Origin: Clostridia bacterium
GTDB lineage: Bacteria; Bacillota; Clostridia; TANB77; CAG-465
DNA length: 64,000 nucleotides
Direction of reading: 5' to 3'
NCBI GenBank assembly: GCA_036653755.1
Contig: JAVVTJ010000001.1
Span: 8,928-72,927 of the forward strand
Each line of letters begins with the position of its first letter. The first letter of the stretch is position 1. The translations under genes and the position numbers were made by a program. Positions 39,908 to 50,938 of the stretch are shown in pieces. The notes below the pieces were generated by a model. That model did not search any database. It was not told the DNA's origin and was given only the letters and a program-made list of their open reading frames with translations.

Positions 39908-42742
39908 ATGTTAGATAAAATAGTTATAAAAGGTGCTAAAGAACATAATTTAAAAAATATAAGTTTAGAAATTCCAAGAGATAAATTAATTGTATTTACT
40001 GGTTTGTCTGGTAGTGGTAAAACATCTCTTGCTTTTGATACAATATATGCAGAAGGTCAAAGAAGATATGTAGAGTCTTTGTCTGCTTATGCAAGGCAAT
40101 TTTTAGGTATAATGGAAAAACCAGATGTTGAATATATAGAAGGTTTATCTCCTGCTATTTCAATTGATCAAAAAACTACATCTAAAAATCCACGTTCTAC
40201 GGTTGGAACTATTACAGAAATATATGACTATTTGCGCTTGTTATATGCAAGAGTTGGTATTCCTTATTGTCCTATATGTGGCAAAAAAATACGTAAACAA
40301 ACAGTTGATGAAATAGTTGAACAAATTATGGAATTTCCTATTGGCAAGAAGTTATTTATAATGGCTCCTGTAATTCGTGGCAAAAAAGGAGAACATACTA
40401 AATTATTAGAAACAGCTATTAAAGATGGTTTTGTAAGAGCAAGAGTAGATGGTGAAATAATTGATTTAGCGGAAGAACTACCTAAAATAGAGAAAAATGA
40501 TAAACATAATATTGAAATAATAGTAGATAGATTAGTTGTGGGAGAAGGCATTAGGCAAAGACTTACAGAATCTGTTGAACTTGCACTATCACAGGCAAAT
40601 AATTTAGTTATGATATCTACACCAGAGCGTGAAGATTATATATTTAGTCAAAATTATGCATGTCCTGATTGTGGAATTAGTATTGATGAATTAAATCCAA
40701 GAATGTTTTCTTTTAATAGTCCATTTGGTGCATGTCCTGATTGTACTGGTTTAGGAGAATTATTAAAAATAGACATAGAAAAGATTATGCCAAATAAAGA
40801 AAAAAAATTAAACGATTATGGTGCAATTCAAGGCTGGTCGGGTGGTGGTAGTATTATTGATACTATTAGTGGTATGTATATTAAAGGATTGTGTGAGCAT
40901 TATAAAATAAAACCTACTACTAAACTTAAAGATCTTCCAGAAGATTTTATGCAAATTTTGTTATATGGCAGTAAAGGTGAAAAAATTAAATTTCAGCATA
41001 TTACAAAAACATTAGTAAGAGATTTTGAAGCTGAATTTGAAGGTGTTGTAAATACTCTTGAAAGAAGATTTACTCAAACTTCTTCGCAAGGTATGAAAAC
41101 ATATTATGAACAGTTTATGTCAACAACTTTGTGCCCTACATGTAAAGGAGCAAGGTTAAAAAAAGAAATGTTATCAGTCAAAATAGGAACATTAAATATA
41201 CATGAATTATGTAATAAAAATATTTTAGCTATAAAAGATTATGTAAATGATATATATGAAAATAAAATGAGTGAAAAAAATAAAATGATAGCAGAGCAAA
41301 TTGTTAAAGAATTAAATAGTAGGTTACAATTTTTAATAGATGTAGGTCTTAATTATTTAACATTATCTAGAAGTTCTGGAACTTTAAGTGGAGGAGAAGC
41401 TCAGCGTATAAGACTTGCAACTCAAATAGGTTCAGGGCTTACAGGAGTTTTATATATATTAGATGAGCCAAGTATTGGACTTCATCAAAAAGATAATGCA
41501 AAACTTCTAGCTTCACTTAAAAAAATGAGAGATTTAGGTAATACTTTAATAGTAGTAGAACATGACGAAGATACTATGAATGAATCAGATTATATAGTAG
41601 ATATAGGTCCTGGCGCTGGCGTTCATGGTGGAAATGTTGTATTTGCAGGTACAGTAGAAGATATGAAAAAAGACGAAAATTCTTTAACTGGTAAATATTT
41701 AAGTGGCAGAATTAAAATTGAAGTTCCTAAAAAAAGAAGAAAAATAGAAAATGGATATATTGAAATAAAAGGTGCTAGAGAGCATAACTTAAAAAATATA
41801 AACGTTAAATTTCCAGTAGGTGTATTTACATGTGTAACAGGAGTATCTGGAAGTGGTAAATCTACTTTGGTAAATGAAATATTATCTAAGGCAATTTCAA
41901 AAGAGTTAAATGGAGCAAGAGCAAAACCTGGACTTCATACTAAAATAACTGGAATGGAAAAAATAGATAAAATTATAAATATAGATCAATCTCCAATAGG
42001 TAGAACTCCTCGTTCTAATCCTGCAACATATACGGGAATGTTTGACCCAATACGTGATTTATTTGCAGCAACAGCAGATAGTAAAATGAGAGGATATTCA
42101 AAAGGAAGATTTAGTTTTAATATTCCTGGTGGTAGATGTGAAGCTTGTAATGGTGATGGAATAATAAAAATAGAAATGCATTTTTTACCTGATGTATATA
42201 TTCCTTGTGAAGTTTGCAGAGGTCATAGATATTCAAAAGAAACATTAGAAGTTAAATATAAAGGAAAAAACATAAGTGAAATTTTAGATATGACTATTGA
42301 AGAAGCATTAGAGTTTTTTAAAAATATTCCTACAATAAAAAATAAAGTACAAACTTTATTTGATGTAGGTTTAGGGTATATAAAACTTGGTCAACCTTCG
42401 ACAACTTTAAGTGGAGGAGAAGCTCAGCGTATAAAACTTGCAACTGAATTATCTAAAAGAGCAACAGGTAAAACGTTATATATACTAGATGAACCAACAA
42501 CAGGACTTCATATGGCAGATGTACATAATTTAATTCATATTATAAATAGATTAACAGATAGTGGTAATACCGTTATTATAATAGAACATAATTTAGATAT
42601 AATAAAGTCTGCTGATTATATAATTGATTTAGGTCCAGATGGTGGAGATATGGGTGGAAGTTTAGTAGTCTCAGGTACGCCAGAGATAGTAGCAAAATGT
42701 AAAGAAAGTTATACAGGAGAGTTTTTGAAAAAATTGCTTTAG
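39908..42742 (+). CDS. uvrA: Excinuclease ABC subunit A
   Basis: Two ABC ATPase modules ([27 protein letters not shown]), two LSGGEAQRI signatures, zinc fingers. Start at ATG 39908 ([18 protein letters not shown]). The track start 39896 is an alternative. Stop TAG inside a repeat box. Confidence 0.9.
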   Translation: MLDKIVIKGAKEHNLKNISLEIPRDKLIVFTGLSGSGKTSLAFDTIYAEGQRRYVESLSAYARQFLGIMEKPDVEYIEGLSPAISIDQKTTSKNPRSTVGTITEIYDYLRLLYARVGIPYCPICGKKIRKQTVDEIVEQIMEFPIGKKLFIMAPVIRGKKGEHTKLLETAIKDGFVRARVDGEIIDLAEELPKIEKNDKHNIEIIVDRLVVGEGIRQRLTESVELALSQANNLVMISTPEREDYIFSQNYACPDCGISIDELNPRMFSFNSPFGACPDCTGLGELLKIDIEKIMPNKEKKLNDYGAIQGWSGGGSIIDTISGMYIKGLCEHYKIKPTTKLKDLPEDFMQILLYGSKGEKIKFQHITKTLVRDFEAEFEGVVNTLERRFTQTSSQGMKTYYEQFMSTTLCPTCKGARLKKEMLSVKIGTLNIHELCNKNILAIKDYVNDIYENKMSEKNKMIAEQIVKELNSRLQFLIDVGLNYLTLSRSSGTLSGGEAQRIRLATQIGSGLTGVLYILDEPSIGLHQKDNAKLLASLKKMRDLGNTLIVVEHDEDTMNESDYIVDIGPGAGVHGGNVVFAGTVEDMKKDENSLTGKYLSGRIKIEVPKKRRKIENGYIEIKGAREHNLKNINVKFPVGVFTCVTGVSGSGKSTLVNEILSKAISKELNGARAKPGLHTKITGMEKIDKIINIDQSPIGRTPRSNPATYTGMFDPIRDLFAATADSKMRGYSKGRFSFNIPGGRCEACNGDGIIKIEMHFLPDVYIPCEVCRGHRYSKETLEVKYKGKNISEILDMTIEEALEFFKNIPTIKNKVQTLFDVGLGYIKLGQPSTTLSGGEAQRIKLATELSKRATGKTLYILDEPTTGLHMADVHNLIHIINRLTDSGNTVIIIEHNLDIIKSADYIIDLGPDGGDMGGSLVVSGTPEIVAKCKESYTGEFLKKLL

Positions 42743-42760
42743 GGTTAGCTTTGTAAAAAA
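42739..42760. repeat. GTTAGC-variant box overlapping the uvrA stop codon
   Basis: tttagggttagctttgtaaaaa. The uvrA TAG (42740-42742) is inside the box. Confidence 0.7.
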
Positions 42761-42762
42761 AG

Positions 42763-42793
42763 AAAAGCCAAAATTTTGGCTTTTCTTTTTTTT
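42763..42793 (+). terminator. Rho-independent terminator after uvrA
   Basis: aaaagccaaaattttggctttt hairpin followed by T-run. Confidence 0.7.
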
Positions 42794-42794
42794 A

Positions 42795-43370
42795 TCCTCG
42801 TCTTTTCTTAGTTTTTAGATCATATCTTAAAACATAAGCAAAGAAGTTTTCATTGTTTAAATCTTTGTAGTGTTCAAGTAAATCTGTAAAAAACTTAATT
42901 TGTTCATTTAAATCAGCAACATAGTTTTCAATATTAAAATTTTTATTTAAAAAACTTACGCCATTTTTTTCATGTTTAACATTCTAGATTCAGATTTAAG
43001 AGGTGTTATTTTACATTTTGCTGTGAGCTTTTTGTAAGTTTTAAATTCATATGTAAATATAACACATCTTTAGTTTTTGTATCAAATTCATTTGTAACAA
43101 TTAATTCAATAAAAGTTCTAATTTCAGCAATGGATTGATATATTTCTTCGTTTGTAATAAGCGAAGAATAGTGCTGAATAATTGACATAATAGCATATGG
43201 TATGCCTTTGCCAGTGTCATAAATTGCTTATATAACTTCTGGCATTTTACAACAGATTGTTTCAATTCGGCGATTATTTTTTTCTTTTTTTCTTCCTCAC
43301 TACTTTTATTTTCTGTAGAATAATTAAAAAGAATTTCTACTTATGCCAAATTTAGCATAAATTTCCCTCC
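42795..43370 (-). pseudogene. Fragmented small ORFs (degraded gene remnant)
   Basis: Reverse strand carries a GGAGGG-ATG start (43366) that stops after 5 codons. Overlapping partial frames follow (…IIAELKQSVVKCQKLYKQFMTLAKAYHM / MSIIQHYSSLITNEEIYQSIAEIRTFIELIVTNEF… / …NFNIENYVADLNEQIKFFTDLLEHYKDLNNENFFAYVLRYDLKTKKRRG*), with a frame change inside an a7 run. Confidence 0.3.
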
Positions 43371-43529
43371 AAAAATATTGCATTTTGTAAAAAGTATAAA
43401 CTAACTACATATATTATACTTGCCAAATTTATGCTATTATACTAGTAAATCGACTATATTTTAATAATTAATCTTGCAAGAGTAATAGATATATGTTATA
43501 ATATTAATATTGATATGGAGGTAAAAGTA

Positions 43530-44537
43530 TTGATTGAAGATAGAGTTATATCAGCAGATATTGAAGAAGATGATGAAAAACAGTTAGAAGTTTCACTTAG
43601 ACCTCGTAATTTTGATGAATATATAGGGCAAGAAAAAGTAAAAGAAAATTTAAAAGTATATATAGATGCTGCAAAAGCTAGAAATGAACCATTAGATCAT
43701 ACATTGTTATATGGACCTCCTGGACTTGGAAAAACAACTCTTGCTAGTATTATAGCTTCAGAGATGGGTGTTAATATAAAAGTTACGTCAGGACCTGCAA
43801 TATCAAAATCAGGGGATTTAGCTGCAATACTTACAAATCTGCAAGAAAATGATTTGCTTTTTATAGATGAAATACATAGATTAAATAAAACAATAGAAGA
43901 AGTGCTATATCCTGCACTTGAAGATTATAGTTTAGACATAATGATAGGAAAAGGACCTTCTGCTCGTAGTATAAGATTAGATTTACCTAAATTTACATTA
44001 GTTGGAGCTACAACAAAAGCTGGAAGTTTATCTTCTCCACTACGTGATAGATTTGGTATAATACATAGACTAGAGTTATATACAACAAATGAACTTGCAA
44101 GTATTATAAATAGAAGTGCTAGTATATTAAATATGCAAATAAGTAAAGAGGCAGCTTTAGAAATTGGTTCTAGATGTAGAGGAACACCTAGAATTGCAAA
44201 TAGATTATTAAAAAGAGTTAGAGATTATGCACAAGTTCAAGGTAGCACTGTTATAGATTATAACATAACTAAAAGTTCATTAGATAGATTAGAAATAGAT
44301 GAACTTGGATTAGATCAAATAGATAGAGAAATGCTTCGCACTATAATAACAAAATTTAGTGGTGGACCAGTTGGAATAGAAACATTAGCTGCTGCTGTTG
44401 GTGAAGATAAAGATACAATTGAAGATGTATATGAACCATATTTAATGCAAATAGGATATTTAGCAAGAACGCCAAGAGGAAGAATAGCTACAAATTTAGC
44501 ATATGAACATTTAGGATTGGAGATAAAAAATGTGTAA
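43530..44537 (+). CDS. ruvB: Holliday junction branch migration ATPase RuvB
   Basis: [16 protein letters not shown], Walker [12 protein letters not shown], Walker [10 protein letters not shown], sensor/RuvB C-domain. TTG 43530 after GGAGGT preferred over the RBS-less ATG 43515. Confidence 0.9.
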   Translation: MIEDRVISADIEEDDEKQLEVSLRPRNFDEYIGQEKVKENLKVYIDAAKARNEPLDHTLLYGPPGLGKTTLASIIASEMGVNIKVTSGPAISKSGDLAAILTNLQENDLLFIDEIHRLNKTIEEVLYPALEDYSLDIMIGKGPSARSIRLDLPKFTLVGATTKAGSLSSPLRDRFGIIHRLELYTTNELASIINRSASILNMQISKEAALEIGSRCRGTPRIANRLLKRVRDYAQVQGSTVIDYNITKSSLDRLEIDELGLDQIDREMLRTIITKFSGGPVGIETLAAAVGEDKDTIEDVYEPYLMQIGYLARTPRGRIATNLAYEHLGLEIKNV

Positions 44538-45093
44538 GTTATTAGTGCATACATGTTGTGCACCTTGTTTTGTATATATACATGAAGATTTAGTAAATTT
44601 AAGAGAAGTATTTAATAAAGATATTAATTTAGATATAACAAGTTTATGGTATAATCCTAATATTCAACCTAAGTTTGAATATGAAAGAAGAAAACAAACT
44701 TTAATTGATTATTGCAGAAATGTTAATTGTAAACTTGATATTATTGAAGAATATAATTTAAAAAACTTTGTAGAAAATAGTATAAATTTAGATGGTTATT
44801 CTTGTAGATGTGAATATTGTTATACTAAAAGATTAGAAAAAACATTTAAATATGCTAAAGAAAATAATTTTGATATGGTTATGACAACTTTAAGTATAAG
44901 TCCATACCAAAATCAAGATTTAATTAAAAAAGTAGGATTTAATTTAGAAAAAAAATATGGTATAAAGTATATTCATTTAGACTATACAAAAAAATTTAGA
45001 GAAGGACAAAATATGGCCAGAGAACTTGGATTATATAGACAAAAATATTGTGGTTGTGTTTTTTCAATAGACGAAGGAAAGTGGGAATATTAA
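44530..45093 (+). CDS. queH: Epoxyqueuosine reductase QueH (DUF208)
   Basis: N-terminal [11 protein letters not shown] and later CxxC (CRCEYC) cysteine clusters. Length 187 aa. Confidence 0.7.
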   Translation: MCKLLVHTCCAPCFVYIHEDLVNLREVFNKDINLDITSLWYNPNIQPKFEYERRKQTLIDYCRNVNCKLDIIEEYNLKNFVENSINLDGYSCRCEYCYTKRLEKTFKYAKENNFDMVMTTLSISPYQNQDLIKKVGFNLEKKYGIKYIHLDYTKKFREGQNMARELGLYRQKYCGCVFSIDEGKWEY

Positions 45094-45096
45094 AAT

Positions 45097-45984
45097 ATGA
45101 ATGGTAAATATTCAAAATCAAAATTAATCGGTAGAAAATGGTTTGTTTTTTTTATAACAATTCTTGCTATGTTACTCATATTAAGTATAGCATTTATTGT
45201 ATATATACATGTTAAGAATGTTATAACCTATGAAAAAATAAATAGTAGTAGCTTAGTTACTGATAATATTGCTGCATCATCGACGCCAATTGTTGTAAAT
45301 AATATAATTGTAGGTGCAGTATATGACAAAAAATGGGTTAGTACAGAAAGATATTTTTTCAAAAGTACTAATAAAGAAAAATTTGATGTTGATGTTTTTA
45401 ATAAAGATGGAAAAGCAGGAAGCTTTAAATTAAATGAAATTCAAAAAAATAATGAGCAAGCTACTGCATATACTAGTACAACAAGAATAAATCATGTTGA
45501 TGAATATTATGCTATAAAGACGGGAAGTAGTTTTGTAAAAATGAGTTTATTAGAATTAAATAATGAGACTAATAATAAATATATAAACTATGTTAAAGAG
45601 GCATTAGGTATGTATAATATGTTAAATGGAACTGTTAAAATAAAAGAAATATATGAGACATATTTAACGCCAGGAAAAGTATCTTATGTTATAACAGCTA
45701 CTAATAATTCTAACTCAAATGGAGGTGTATATAGCGCAGTAATATTTGTAGATAATGATGATAAAGTGTCACTAGTAAAGTACAATTTTTTAAAAGATGT
45801 AAATAATTCATCGGATTTTAATATTTATTCTGTTAAATTTATTGCAGATTTAAATGATGATGGTGTATCTGAGATAATACTTCAAGAAACAAAAGAATTT
45901 GATACTAAATATTCAATTATGGAATATAACAAAGGTAAGTTTTATGAAGTTTTATCTGCAAAATTAAGTAATAAAATAATTTAG
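45097..45984 (+). CDS. Hypothetical membrane-anchored protein
   Basis: 295 aa, single N-terminal TM (WFVFFITILAMLLILSIAFIVYI), Asn/Ser-rich extracytoplasmic part. No recognisable domain. Confidence 0.45.
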   Translation: MNGKYSKSKLIGRKWFVFFITILAMLLILSIAFIVYIHVKNVITYEKINSSSLVTDNIAASSTPIVVNNIIVGAVYDKKWVSTERYFFKSTNKEKFDVDVFNKDGKAGSFKLNEIQKNNEQATAYTSTTRINHVDEYYAIKTGSSFVKMSLLELNNETNNKYINYVKEALGMYNMLNGTVKIKEIYETYLTPGKVSYVITATNNSNSNGGVYSAVIFVDNDDKVSLVKYNFLKDVNNSSDFNIYSVKFIADLNDDGVSEIILQETKEFDTKYSIMEYNKGKFYEVLSAKLSNKII

Positions 45985-45997
45985 GAGGAAAATAATT

Positions 45998-47788
45998 ATG
46001 GTAAAATATATAAATAATAAAGGAGAAATATATGAAGCAGAATATGACTTGCAAATTGCAAGACATACATCTTCACATATATTAGCACAAGCAATAAAAA
46101 GAATTTATGGAAGTGATATAAAACTTGCAATAGGACCTGCTATTGATAATGGTTTTTATTATGATTTTGACGGATTAAATGTAAAACAAGAAGATTTAGA
46201 AAATATAGAAAATGAAATGAAAAAAATTGTTAAAGAAAATCAAAAAACTTCTTGCTATACTTTAAATAAAAAAGAGGCAATTAAGCTTGTTACTGAAATG
46301 GATGAAATATACAAAAAAGAAATGATTGAAGAAATGAAAGAAGATGAAATAATTTCTTTCTTTGCACAAGGAGATTTTACTGATATGTGCACAGGACCAC
46401 ATATGTTATATTTAAAATCTGTTGGTCATTTTAAATTATTTACTGCAACTGGTGCTTATTGGAGAGGCAATGAAAAAAATAAAATGCTTACAAGAATTTA
46501 TGGTACTTGTTTTGAAAAAAAAGAAGAGTTAGAAAGTGAAATCTTAAAAAAAGAAGAAGCAAAAGATAAAGATCACAATAAATTAGGAAGAGAAATGGAG
46601 CTTTTTACAACAGTAGATATGATAGGTCAAGGACTTCCAATATTACTTCCAAAAGGAGCTACAATAGTACAAACACTTCAAAGATTTGTTGAAGATGAAG
46701 AAAGAAAACGTGGATATTTACTTACTAAAACTCCTTTTATGGCAAAATCTGATTTATATAAAGTATCAGGTCATTGGGATCATTATAAAGAGGGTATGTT
46801 TATACTTGGAGATGAAGCAAAAGATAAAGAAGTATTTGCACTTCGTCCTATGACATGTCCATTTCAATTTATGGCATATAAAAATAGACAAAGAAGTTAT
46901 AGAGATTTACCACTTAGATATAATGAAACTTCTACATTATTTAGAAATGAAGATTCAGGAGAAATGCATGGATTAATTAGAGTTCGTCAGTTTACAATAT
47001 CTGAGGGACATCTTGCTGTAAGATTAGATCAATTAGAAAAAGAAATAGCAGGAGTACTTGATTTAATTAATTATTTTATGGATGTACTTGGTCTTAAAGA
47101 AGATATTTCATTTAGATTTTCTAAATGGGATCCAAATGATAGAGCTAAATACTTAGGAAATGAAGAAGATTGGGAATATTCACAAAGTGTACTTAAATCA
47201 ATATTAGATGATTTAAAAATAAATTATGTTGAGGCTATAGGAGAAGCAGCTTTTTATGGTCCGAAATTAGATATTCAAGCTAAAAATGTATATGGAAAAG
47301 AAGATACTATAATAACTGTACAAGTAGATTTTCAATTAGCACATAGATTTGAAATGACATATATTGATAAAGATGGAAGTAAAAAATATCCAGTAGTTAT
47401 ACATAGAACTTCAATTGGTTGTTATGAAAGAACACTTGCAATGCTTATTGAAAAATATGCAGGAACATTTCCATTATGGCTTGTACCAATTCAAGCTAAA
47501 ATATTAACAATTTCTGAAAATGAAATAGAATATGCAGAAGAAGTTAAAAATAAACTATTACAAGCAGATTTTAAAGTAGAATTAGATAGTGAAGATAATA
47601 AAATTGGATATAAAATACGTGAAGCACAACTTGAGAAAGTTCCATATATGATTGTAATAGGTAAAAATGAAGTAGAAAATAATACTATTACAATTAGAAA
47701 TAGAAATGGTGAAGATATTAAAGATATAACAGTTGATGAGTTTATTAATATGTTAAATAGTCAAGTTAAAAAAGAATTGCTTAAATAA
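45998..47788 (+). CDS. thrS: Threonyl-tRNA synthetase lacking the N-terminal TGS domain
   Basis: 596 aa. Begins directly in the N2 editing domain (HTSSHILAQA), class II motifs, DKDHNKLGREMELF. No leader region (AGGAGG RBS 8 nt after previous stop). Confidence 0.85.
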   Translation: MVKYINNKGEIYEAEYDLQIARHTSSHILAQAIKRIYGSDIKLAIGPAIDNGFYYDFDGLNVKQEDLENIENEMKKIVKENQKTSCYTLNKKEAIKLVTEMDEIYKKEMIEEMKEDEIISFFAQGDFTDMCTGPHMLYLKSVGHFKLFTATGAYWRGNEKNKMLTRIYGTCFEKKEELESEILKKEEAKDKDHNKLGREMELFTTVDMIGQGLPILLPKGATIVQTLQRFVEDEERKRGYLLTKTPFMAKSDLYKVSGHWDHYKEGMFILGDEAKDKEVFALRPMTCPFQFMAYKNRQRSYRDLPLRYNETSTLFRNEDSGEMHGLIRVRQFTISEGHLAVRLDQLEKEIAGVLDLINYFMDVLGLKEDISFRFSKWDPNDRAKYLGNEEDWEYSQSVLKSILDDLKINYVEAIGEAAFYGPKLDIQAKNVYGKEDTIITVQVDFQLAHRFEMTYIDKDGSKKYPVVIHRTSIGCYERTLAMLIEKYAGTFPLWLVPIQAKILTISENEIEYAEEVKNKLLQADFKVELDSEDNKIGYKIREAQLEKVPYMIVIGKNEVENNTITIRNRNGEDIKDITVDEFINMLNSQVKKELLK

Positions 47789-47795
47789 ACTTAAA

Positions 47796-47826
47796 ATAAC
47801 GTTTGATTTTATTCAAACGTTATTTT
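47796..47826. terminator. Bidirectional terminator between thrS and the vanW-like gene
   Basis: aataacgtttga/tcaaacgttatt inverted repeat with T-rich flanks. Confidence 0.55.
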
Positions 47827-48534
47827 ATTAAATTTAATAGTAACATTTGATTTATCATTTGTTGCTATTATTTTTATATCATTTTCAGTTGTATTTTTAA
47901 ACTTTAAATCTAAGGTATTATAATATATAGTTGCATCTTTATCTTTTGGCACATAATATACACGTTTGCTATGAGGATGTCTTTCAATTATTTCTAAATT
48001 AGAAATTAAAGCAGTATTATATATAGTACTACTTATTTGGCACATACCACCACCAAATACTTTAATAACTTTTCCATTAGTATCAAAGCCTGTTGCTTCT
48101 TTATATCCTTGCTTTTCACCCATAGGACCTACAGTTTCATTAAATGAAAAAGTTTCTCCTTTTTTTACTACTTTTTCATTTATTTTTTTAATTGCTAAAC
48201 CTATGTTATATACTCTATTTTCATCTTTGTCATAAATATTTGAAGAAAAAATAGCTATTTCAGTTTCTTTTTCTTTAATTATAGGTTTTTCATTATTTGT
48301 AGCATTATTGCCATTATTTGTAGTATTATTTTCTGGAATATTAGGAACAGTATTTTGTATATTACTTTTATTACTAGATAAACTATTACTAGAAGAATAT
48401 ATAGTATAAAAAGTTATAACTAATATAGTAATTAAAATTAATACAAAAATAACTACAACTATTGATTCTGATTTATTTTTCATTTTTAGGTCTCCTTTTG
48501 ATATAGTTTTCCCTGAATTTTTAAAAATAATCAA
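47809..48534 (-). CDS. VanW-like protein
   Basis: N-terminal TM, C-terminal VanW domain (GGGMCQISSTIYNTALISNLEIIERHPHS). Confidence 0.7.
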   Translation of the reverse strand: MIIFKNSGKTISKGDLKMKNKSESIVVVIFVLILITILVITFYTIYSSSNSLSSNKSNIQNTVPNIPENNTTNNGNNATNNEKPIIKEKETEIAIFSSNIYDKDENRVYNIGLAIKKINEKVVKKGETFSFNETVGPMGEKQGYKEATGFDTNGKVIKVFGGGMCQISSTIYNTALISNLEIIERHPHSKRVYYVPKDKDATIYYNTLDLKFKNTTENDIKIIATNDKSNVTIKFNKITFE

Positions 48535-48609
48535 AAAACGAAAAAATTAGTAATATAAAAAATATTTTTTTACTTTACATATTAAGTTATACATGGTATA
48601 ATATAATAG

Positions 48610-48948
48610 TAAGTATTACATATAGTCGCGCATAGTAATATGTGAGGAAAGTCCGGGCTCCATAGAGCATATGATGCTAGATAACGTCTAGTGGGAGTGA
48701 TCCTAAGGAAAGTGCAACAGAAAATAACCGCTTTATTTATTTAAAGTAAGGGTGAAAAAGTGAGGTAAGAGCTCACTAAACTTTATGGTGACATATTGTT
48801 TTTGTGTAAACCCCATTTGGAGCAACACCATAAAATAAAGAATAAGACAATGCTCGTCGTCTTTAACGTTTGGTGGCTAGAGATATATAGTGATATATAT
48901 TCGAGATAAATGACTATTTAATACAGAACCCGGCTTACGAAATACTTA
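48610..48948 (+). ncRNA. rnpB: RNase P RNA (bacterial type B)
   Basis: GAGGAAAGTCCGGGCTCCATAG... universal P4 region, ...AGAACCCGGCTTACGAAATACTT 3' end pairing with 5' aagtatt (P1). Tggtataat extended -10 about 30 nt upstream. Confidence 0.85.
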
Positions 48949-48950
48949 TA

Positions 48951-48989
48951 ACAAGTTTTTATACTTTTGTATAGAAACTTGTTTTTTTG
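48951..48989 (+). terminator. Rho-independent terminator after rnpB
   Basis: acaagtttttatac/gtatagaaacttgt stem followed by T7. Confidence 0.7.
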
Positions 48990-49107
48990 TGTGATTAAAA
49001 AGTTATAATTATATTTTGTCGAAATTTGTATATCAATTATTGTTTAAAAAACTTGACTTTAAAACAAATGTTTAGTATAATTATTTTACTTAAAACAATA
49101 GTTAAAT

Positions 49108-49133
49108 ATTTTTACAAAGCTAACCCTAAAACT
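49108..49133. repeat. GTTAGC-variant box copy
   Basis: tttttacaaagctaaccctaaaac, in the intergenic region between rnpB and the 49215 ORF. Confidence 0.65.
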
Positions 49134-49214
49134 ATCTTTTTAACTAAAATTATGATATAATATGGCTATATTATTCATTATTTGGGTATAATTTAAATAT
49201 GGTGGTGATTAATT

Positions 49215-50873
49215 ATGAATCCTAATATTATGAATCCTAAAAAATATAAAAAAATAACAAAAAATAATAAAATAAAAAAAGATAAAATAGCTGATAAAAA
49301 TATAAAAAAAAATAAATATAAAAAATCAGATACTTTAACTTTAAATAAAAAATATACGTATTCTTCTAAGACTAATAAAAAAACTAGTTTTTTTATTAAT
49401 TTTATAAAAGTAATTTCTTGCATATGCCTAATTGTAATAATTGGTTTTGTATCTAAGATTATTGTAGATAATTCAGATAATAATATACTTCTTAGTGTAT
49501 TTAGAAATAATGATAATATAAATAATATAGATAAAGAATATGATTTTAAAGTTGGTGTAAATAATTTAGATTTTCAAAATAATGTTTTGGTAAATGAATT
49601 ATACAAATATTCGTATAATACACTAATAAATATAACAGATGAATATGGTATAGAATATAATATTGCAAAAAATATTATAAAAATAGATGAGTTAAATTAT
49701 AAAATAGAGATTAAAGATAATGATTATATTTCAGATATTGTATATACTTTTGAAAAATTAAAATCTACAAATAATAATAGATATTATAAATATTTAAGTA
49801 ATATTACTAATATTAAAATTAACGAAAATAATATATTAATTACATTAACTATTCCTAATGAATATATTGTTTATGCTTTTGATTTTAAAATTGAAGAAAA
49901 AAATAAATCTATTGAAAAACAAAATAATACAAATAGATATTTTGTTACATCTTTACAAAATACAATAAAATTTAATAGAAATGAATCTTTGAATAAAAAT
50001 ATTTTAAAAAGTATAACATTAAACAATTATACTGATAGTGATGAAATTGTAAATGATTTTAGAACTAATAAAATAGATGCTTTTATGACATCAAGTGAAG
50101 AAGATGTTCGTTTAATAGGTAAGCATGAATATAATATAAAAAAGTATAGAGATGGTGAAACATACTTTTTATTTGGTAATAAAAATTCTGAGCTATTTAA
50201 ATTAAAAGAAGTAAGGAAAGCTTTTGCATATTCGTTGAATAGAAATGAAATTTGTAAAAAGATAAGTAGCTCTTTTACAGAAGTTATAGATATTCCATAT
50301 ATATATTCAGATATAAAATATAAATATGATATATACGGAGCAGAAAATTCTTTAATTGCAGAGTCTTGGAATAAATCTAGTGGAATTTATACTAAAAAAA
50401 TTAATGGTGTAAATAAAATATTATCTCTTAATCTTTTAGTAAATATAGATGATATAAATAAAGTATTAATAGCCGATAATATAAAACTTATGTTAGAAAA
50501 TATTGGTATTAAAATAAATATAATAAAAATAAAACAAAATGAGTTAATAGAAAAAGTAAAATTAGGAGAATATGATTTAACTTTATCTACTGTAAATATA
50601 AATAATAATCCTGATACAACATATTTAAAAGATTATATAAATATAAATAAAGTTACAGATGAGGCATTTAATAAAGTTAAAACAAGTGATGTTAATAATT
50701 TAAGCAGTAATATACAAAATTTGCAAAATGTGTTATCAAGTGAGATAGCTTGTATTGGTATAGCAGCTAAAAATACAAATTTTATATATCAAAAATATAT
50801 CGAAGGATTTAATGATATAAAATATATGAATATATTTAAAAATATAGATAAAATAGGTAAAATTGTTAAGTAA
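49215..50873 (+). CDS. Hypothetical membrane-anchored protein with Lys-rich cytoplasmic N-terminus
   Basis: 552 aa. MNPNIMNPKK duplicated N-terminal codons, about 60-aa K-rich tail, one TM (SFFINFIKVISCICLIVIIGFV), large Asn/Ile-rich extracytoplasmic domain (possibly solute-binding-like). Confidence 0.45.
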   Translation: MNPNIMNPKKYKKITKNNKIKKDKIADKNIKKNKYKKSDTLTLNKKYTYSSKTNKKTSFFINFIKVISCICLIVIIGFVSKIIVDNSDNNILLSVFRNNDNINNIDKEYDFKVGVNNLDFQNNVLVNELYKYSYNTLINITDEYGIEYNIAKNIIKIDELNYKIEIKDNDYISDIVYTFEKLKSTNNNRYYKYLSNITNIKINENNILITLTIPNEYIVYAFDFKIEEKNKSIEKQNNTNRYFVTSLQNTIKFNRNESLNKNILKSITLNNYTDSDEIVNDFRTNKIDAFMTSSEEDVRLIGKHEYNIKKYRDGETYFLFGNKNSELFKLKEVRKAFAYSLNRNEICKKISSSFTEVIDIPYIYSDIKYKYDIYGAENSLIAESWNKSSGIYTKKINGVNKILSLNLLVNIDDINKVLIADNIKLMLENIGIKINIIKIKQNELIEKVKLGEYDLTLSTVNINNNPDTTYLKDYININKVTDEAFNKVKTSDVNNLSSNIQNLQNVLSSEIACIGIAAKNTNFIYQKYIEGFNDIKYMNIFKNIDKIGKIVK

Positions 50874-50889
50874 TATATTAAATACTTTC

Positions 50890-50918
50890 TTGACTTTTAT
50901 AGAAATTTTGTATATAAT
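50890..50918 (+). promoter_or_regulatory. Sigma-A-type promoter for pta-ackA
   Basis: TTGACT (50890-50895), 17-bp spacer, TATAAT (50913-50918). Confidence 0.55.
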
Positions 50919-50938
50919 ATATAAATGAGGTGGAAATA

